Shown one piece after another: positions 36,901-40,116 of a stretch of 40,116 nt of DNA (position 1 is its first letter; each line of letters starts with the position of its first letter). The translations under genes and the position numbers were made by a program. The stretch is from a bacterium (lineage in GTDB: Bacteria; Patescibacteriota; Doudnabacteria; UBA920; VMFF01). Location of the stretch: positions 1-40,116 of the forward strand of contig JAKCAE010000011.1 in the NCBI GenBank assembly GCA_021842385.1, read 5' to 3'. The notes under the pieces were generated by a model, which was not told where the DNA came from, ran no database searches, and saw only the letters and a list, made by a program, of their open reading frames with translations.

Positions 36901-39900
36901 CTGCTGTTACTCTCAAAGTATTTGCACCAGTAGAATCTTGAATCTGTAATGAATCAGCTGTTGCAGATGCAATCTGCTTTATCTTCGCACCAACGTTTCC
37001 AACAGCAGTTTGGTTTACATCTAATTGTGCGGTTGGAGTGCTATCTGTACCAATACTTACTTTTCTTCCTGACAAAATCATGGTGTTTTGAACGCCAGTA
37101 CCATCTCCAGTGACTTGTCTAAAATAGATATCTGCATTTTCTGCTGTACTTGTGTGCGATGTATTCTTAACACCAATCTGTGCTGCGCTGTACAAAGCAG
37201 CCACTGAGTTATTTGTCTGGAAAGACATCAACATTCCGTTATTTGCTGTAGTATCTAAGTTTCTAACAGAAAGCTGTGGGAAACCACTAAATGGAGATGT
37301 ACTTGTATTGTCATACCTTGTAATCAAAGCATAATCAGCAGCAGTTTGAGTAACGTCTAATTTGGCTGCAGGTGTTACCGTCCCAATACCGACATACCCA
37401 TTTCCATCTAACACCATTTGTGCTGTGGCAGAATTATTAGCAAAACCAAGTAGTCTTGTGGCTGCGCTAGAACCAGTTATATATCCGATATACGCGTTTG
37501 CTGTAACTCCATCTGTTAATCTCAAGGCTGACCATGTGGTTGTTCCACCAGTAGTTCCTAAAGCCAAAGTATTTGCGGTGTTGATTGCAGCTCCTCCTGC
37601 TGTCTCTATTTCTAATTTTCCAAGTGTTGGACCGGACACGCCGATACCAACGTTGCCACTACCGGCATTGATAATAGTGTTGTTGCCCTGGTTATTTAGC
37701 TGCAAAGGCTTGGAAGCCCAAGATTGAATATATGCATAAGTAGCATCTGAACCGACGGTTAAATTGGTTGTGCCCTGGTTAGCCAAAGCAATACCATAAG
37801 TTCCAGGTGTTCCAACCGTAACATTTGCCGATTGATTAGATGTCAACAAATTAGCTGGACTTACAGTGCCTACTCCCAAATTCCCGCCATTGAAATATGA
37901 AGAGCCGCCGCCGTTAATAACAGCGTTGGTGCCAAAGGTTCCAGTGCCAGCTGTTTTGAAATTACCCGTGTTTGAAGAAAGTTCCGCTACAATCGAAGGA
38001 GTTGTTGATGATATAGTTCCAGACTCCCAAGTCCAACCATAACCTGCAACGTTTTCAATGAAGCTTCGCAAGCCCCAGCTTGTAACATATGTACCAGTAG
38101 GAGCTGTAATATTTCCGGTTGGTCCTAAACTTGTACCGGCAGCAGGTCCCATATATTCAGCCCAAGCATTATAGGTCCCGATGTTATACCAGCTTATACC
38201 AGAAGCTGCATTAGCGCTTCTCGCAATCGCAATCTTAGGAAGAGTCGCTATGCCTGTTCCAGAGTTCATAGCAAGACTTCCAGTAATATTTGTTGTGTCT
38301 GTTGCGTAATTTCTATCAATCCACCTGGATGGTGTGCCAGCGTTCCATATCAAAAGACCTGCTTGTGGTGAACTCCCATTCCACGTTTCCATAGAAACAC
38401 CAAAACCAGTCGTGAATTGCGATCTGAAACCATAGTTCGTAGTTATTGTTGCAGGATCAGCCGTAGTAGCGCCAGCACTTTCGGGAGACCTAAATGATCC
38501 TGTATTCGCAGCACCATTTCTTACTCCTGAACTTGAATAATATATAGGAGTAGTTACAGAGGTGCCAATGACGGGTGCTGCGGAGAATGAAGGAGCACCT
38601 GCATTAGCAACGAGCACTGTGTTAGCAGCACCTTGAGCTGTGGCTTGTATTGCTCCTGTGCCATTACCATAGAGAACTCCGTTAGAAGTAAGGGTGGTTG
38701 CTCCAGTACCGCCATACGGCACTGTTACTGTAGAACCATTCCAAGTGCCTGTAGTAATTACACCAGTGTTTGCAGTAACAATTAATCCATTGTATGAAGC
38801 AGCTCCTGTGATTGCACCGGCAGCTGAGATGTTGATGCTTCCTGATGTTAAAATATTATCCCAACCAGTTCCAACATTAATTGCATTTTCGGTTCCTGCT
38901 CCACCAGTAATCGCGTCAAGCTTGATTCCATTTTCTGTAACACCAGAAGCAGCGGTGCTTCCTACTAATCTTAGACCACTCCATGTTCCACCTGTAGTAC
39001 CGCCTGCTGTTAAATCTACTCTCATGGCAGAAGCTTCCACAGCAGCTGCGCCTCCTACATATGTAACAGCAAGTGCATTTACTCCGGCAGTAGTGACAGC
39101 TTGTCCGGTATTTGTAATTTGTACCATATCAGTAGTAGGAACGGCTGAAGCTTGGAACTTAGCAATACCGGCTCCCACTAGATTAAAGGTTGCTCCAGCT
39201 GTTCCTGAATTAAAGACCAACCCTGTTGCGCCTGTGGTGTTACCAATTGTAATTGTTTTGGCATTAGCCCCTGTTCCTATATTGAGCGCATTAGTTGTGG
39301 CTGAATCAACCGAGAGTGTTCCCGTTGAAGTAAGAATCGGTGTTGTAACCGAAGTTGAGAATCCGCCAGTACCCACAACCTGCAAATTATACGAGGTAGG
39401 GCTTGTTGTACCGATACCAACGTTGCTGCCTAAAAATGTCATTATGTCTGTCATTGTGCCTACATTATCTGTCAGACCCATCGTGGCGATTGCCGTATTG
39501 CCAATTTGTCTGCCTCCTTTCACGAAAAAGCCTCGATCATTGTTGTGGTTAACACGTAACACACCGTAAGTATTATCAGAGTCCGCGCCTCCCTCAAAAC
39601 GCGCGACCTCGACATTGCCGGTACCACCGCTTACCTTTACATGAAACTGTGTGGCAGCGGCCGTGTCATCGATTGAATATGGCGTCGTTGTCCCAATCCC
39701 AACATTTCCATTGCCAAGTACTGAGAGTCTGGTTCCTCCAACAAGGGTGTAGGCTGCTCCTGAGTTTGTTCCTGTCCAAGCATCTGTTGTTAGGGAGGTG
39801 TTTGATGCAATTGCAGAGATTGTTCTTGTTTCTGCATTTACTGTGATGGTATCACCTACTTTGAAGGTGTTAAGGAACTGGGTACCTACACCTGTTACTG

Positions 39901-40116
39901 TGGTTAGTGTTGCTGTTGTTGATACTGTTCCTGCTCCTGTTGTTCCTTGGGCTACCTGGAGATTTGCTGTTGGAGCTGTGGTACCTATACCGACGTTGCC
40001 AGAATTTAAGATAACCATTCTTTTTGCCGGAACATAATTAACTCCGACGGTAAGACCTGTGTCATTCCAAAATTCTGTAGAACCATCTTGACGAAAATTT
40101 ATTCCGGAAGCTGCTG
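30914..40116 (-). CDS. Giant surface fibre/adhesin-like protein (5' end outside window, >3060 aa)
   Basis: Frame remains open from 40018 to the window end; many GNVGIGTTxP repeats, tandem beta-propeller-like domains, GADLAEWF chaperone-like motif, Thr/Pro-rich tail. Confidence 0.85.
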   Translation of the reverse strand, partial: AASGINFRQDGSTEFWNDTGLTVGVNYVPAKRMVILNSGNVGIGTTAPTANLQVAQGTTGAGTVSTTATLTTVTGVGTQFLNTFKVGDTITVNAETRTISAIASNTSLTTDAWTGTNSGAAYTLVGGTRLSVLGNGNVGIGTTTPYSIDDTAAATQFHVKVSGGTGNVEVARFEGGADSDNTYGVLRVNHNNDRGFFVKGGRQIGNTAIATMGLTDNVGTMTDIMTFLGSNVGIGTTSPTSYNLQVVGTGGFSTSVTTPILTSTGTLSVDSATTNALNIGTGANAKTITIGNTTGATGLVFNSGTAGATFNLVGAGIAKFQASAVPTTDMVQITNTGQAVTTAGVNALAVTYVGGAAAVEASAMRVDLTAGGTTGGTWSGLRLVGSTAASGVTENGIKLDAITGGAGTENAINVGTGWDNILTSGSINISAAGAITGAASYNGLIVTANTGVITTGTWNGSTVTVPYGGTGATTLTSNGVLYGNGTGAIQATAQGAANTVLVANAGAPSFSAAPVIGTSVTTPIYYSSSGVRNGAANTGSFRSPESAGATTADPATITTNYGFRSQFTTGFGVSMETWNGSSPQAGLLIWNAGTPSRWIDRNYATDTTNITGSLAMNSGTGIATLPKIAIARSANAASGISWYNIGTYNAWAEYMGPAAGTSLGPTGNITAPTGTYVTSWGLRSFIENVAGYGWTWESGTISSTTPSIVAELSSNTGNFKTAGTGTFGTNAVINGGGSSYFNGGNLGVGTVSPANLLTSNQSANVTVGTPGTYGIALANQGTTNLTVGSDATYAYIQSWASKPLQLNNQGNNTIINAGSGNVGIGVSGPTLGKLEIETAGGAAINTANTLALGTTGGTTTWSALRLTDGVTANAYIGYITGSSAATRLLGFANNSATAQMVLDGNGYVGIGTVTPAAKLDVTQTAADYALITRYDNTSTSPFSGFPQLSVRNLDTTANNGMLMSFQTNNSVAALYSAAQIGVKNTSHTSTAENADIYFRQVTGDGTGVQNTMILSGRKVSIGTDSTPTAQLDVNQTAVGNVGAKIKQIASATADSLQIQDSTGANTLRVTAAGDQEFTGNLNNGFGGLGRFQNLLTYSEQLDNAAWAATGITVTANSTAAPDGTTTGDTLAGTGASSLIQTYTTTTNGNYTFSFWAKTTSGTVTTGLRIDSTGATPTTGTATTYTATTTWQRFSVTQNFTGTPSNIKAVILPGNGSTGTIIAWGAQLVQDTVPEVYARTTASTVAANRGLVSNGGEFISSIDANDKPLVVQAAPSQSANLFEVQNSAGTALTTVSSAGWLGVGTNPTQALDVLGNAQISQTTVSTSALFAVNGPGNPITFGTQTQFLGGNAAATSLVKLDSTHVVAAYVYDDGVNASVYVQVGTYVNDSIAWATGSNLVNDSTGAISQGYISVSALDSTHIVVAWSTTVGGAISARVCSISGTTFSCGASNSPATVGTSYSISVAALDSTHFVIVYNDSVNNRGQARVGVVSGTTISSYGTAVNYTATSTTANYNVVKALSSTKFVVSHTASSTGKSIIGDVTAGTTITFGTAVTFNSANTPWISMDTISTTGFIVTYQDAGNGQNGAAIAATYSGNTITFGSKYYFTTDAVTYTAVSMLDSTNIAITFSGTSSYGYSVTGTISSSTVLSFGTKVAIEASVQNLNISNAALSSTRFLNIYGRSTSTGQSIIGTIPASATTYTSSFGTQTQFIAAAVQATSLVKLDASHVVAAYVYDNGGPADAVTVNIGTYVGNTISWGATPGSIAIETSGTVLHGQVSVSVLDSTHIVVGWVSSAGAVIYAKVCSISGNTFSCGAAVTPGNATNNYYVSVAALDSTHFVIVYNDSVNNRGQARVGVVSGTTISSYGTAVNYTASATPASYNVVKALSSTKFVVSYLSATTGRSIIGDVTAGTTITFGTAVTFNSLNTAWISMDAISTTGFIVSFQDTGNSSYGAAAAATYSGNTITFGSKYYFTTDNAIHTAVAMLDATNFAISYADASTFNGYSVTGTISSSTVLSFGTKIDFSVTLGVYISSTALSSTSFLNFYYNNSTGQSIVGTYATDTTLNKSLNIANNGNIAFGTSATSSYKLIVQDSQASTYVARINNTNTSTTADGLLISLGIANGSRNANNYFIGFATADGTVAGKIQGGASAVAYTTTGADLAEWFLDADANNKLEDSEIVAFDVSSGKTVKKATSSVAPIVGVVSNNAGFVGNGPICKVDDSDCDAHFASYNTLVGLIGQLSVKVNLDGGEIKPGDYITVSSVAGVGKKATSSGYVVGVAMEGYSLEQAQAIAAKDAPLDALGNPVAADPKVVVTTIRVLIRPQYYTAPAQFVFDENGNVGFGTEAPSAAFEIASGLNAVKTLADGTTQTATSLTAVLINPIFNDMGATGVKHYGLIVTNGNVGFGTSTPETRVHISDDSTDAVVGLTIQSTADFAEGVAADIFRIVAEVGGVSTTQLRVTTEGNMFVSGSITIGGQFITTGASTYTQEFVISDDASSGDVVAIIGANISKATKPYDSSIFGVIVEKGGFVLGMPRDGEVVNSVDAIKSVAYSGTTLVNITDENGPVSRGDFLTASSSIPGFAMRATVSGRVVGQALAGFNASENSQVVNGLTIHTGKVLVSLRTAYEQINNTFVLGNDDIAALTAQQIASGDSATTQGSADVAESIASSSSSLTFVIRQAVNTTVNATDTANTTAAVNADILQVQSGKVNRFMIASNGAISINTSIALDSGKNIFVIRNNGIEQFVIRAKGGAVLGASLIVKKDLVALGQVLGSTAILARNIGDVDIAQGDVVVLRGVESETIVGNNPILSVSKADTSLASETNGLAEVTSPSGDSQVIKATIVVGVADRNMSDFDIPGAPVSKASSNTVIPKGEFMNVVTSGTFGMINVEAGDGLTQNSILPGDKLTISDVSGHARKLKPNESGMPVIGIALDGLVSGSGKVRVLLMINNSYVSGNAEPTNTTSAPAASSGSSVSPDTTTTQSTGSDTATTPVDATTTPTDTTASSTDTSSTVSTDTAATTDQTITVTEPAPSAVPTVSDTPTAAADTSGTVATGDTGTTTP
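33930..36100 (-). repeat. Tandem intragenic duplication (~365 codons per unit)
   Basis: 98-nt identical blocks at 34527-34624 and 35628-35725 (offset 1101); both units begin FGTQTQF. Confidence 0.9.

Noticed and set aside
38694-39569. 291-aa plus-strand ORF and other antisense ORFs over the giant gene
   Set aside because: Shadow frames produced by Thr/Gly/Ala-rich codons on the minus strand.
30914-40116. Prophage tail gene
   Set aside because: No capsid, terminase or integrase genes in the window; composition matches the host, and such giant proteins are typical of CPR chromosomes.
1-40116. Alternative genetic code (UGA=Gly, code 25)
   Set aside because: Conserved genes are full length under code 11, and ileS and the phosphatase end in TGA at expected positions.

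Overview
AT-rich bacterial chromosomal fragment, most consistent with a Patescibacteria (CPR) genome, judged from the VirB6-like membrane protein, the DUF5666/DUF5667 ECF module, the YQAVFLTNGQVYFG protein, the giant GNVGIGTT-repeat protein and mostly leaderless genes. Housekeeping content: rsmA, pcrA/uvrD, recO, ileS, argS, smpB, tmRNA, infC-rpmI-rplT. Both ends cut long minus-strand genes: a >970-aa VirB6/TrbL-like protein missing from the ORF track, and a >3060-aa fibre/adhesin-like protein. The most notable signals are non-coding. (1) Two solitary RNase genes (MazF/PemK-like and NYN/LabA) have no protein antitoxin gene, but each has a convergent sigma70-promoter plus structured small-RNA unit abutting its stop codon (candidate RNA-antitoxin architecture). 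(2) A 76-nt CCA-ending tRNA-like gene carries Ala identity (G3-U70, A73) but non-canonical D and anticodon arms. (3) An ultrashort-Stem-I ileS T-box appears to use a terminator platform. (4) Four GC-rich promoter-GGAGG-ORF-hairpin cassettes sit among AT-rich leaderless native genes. All calls were made by eye, without database searches.
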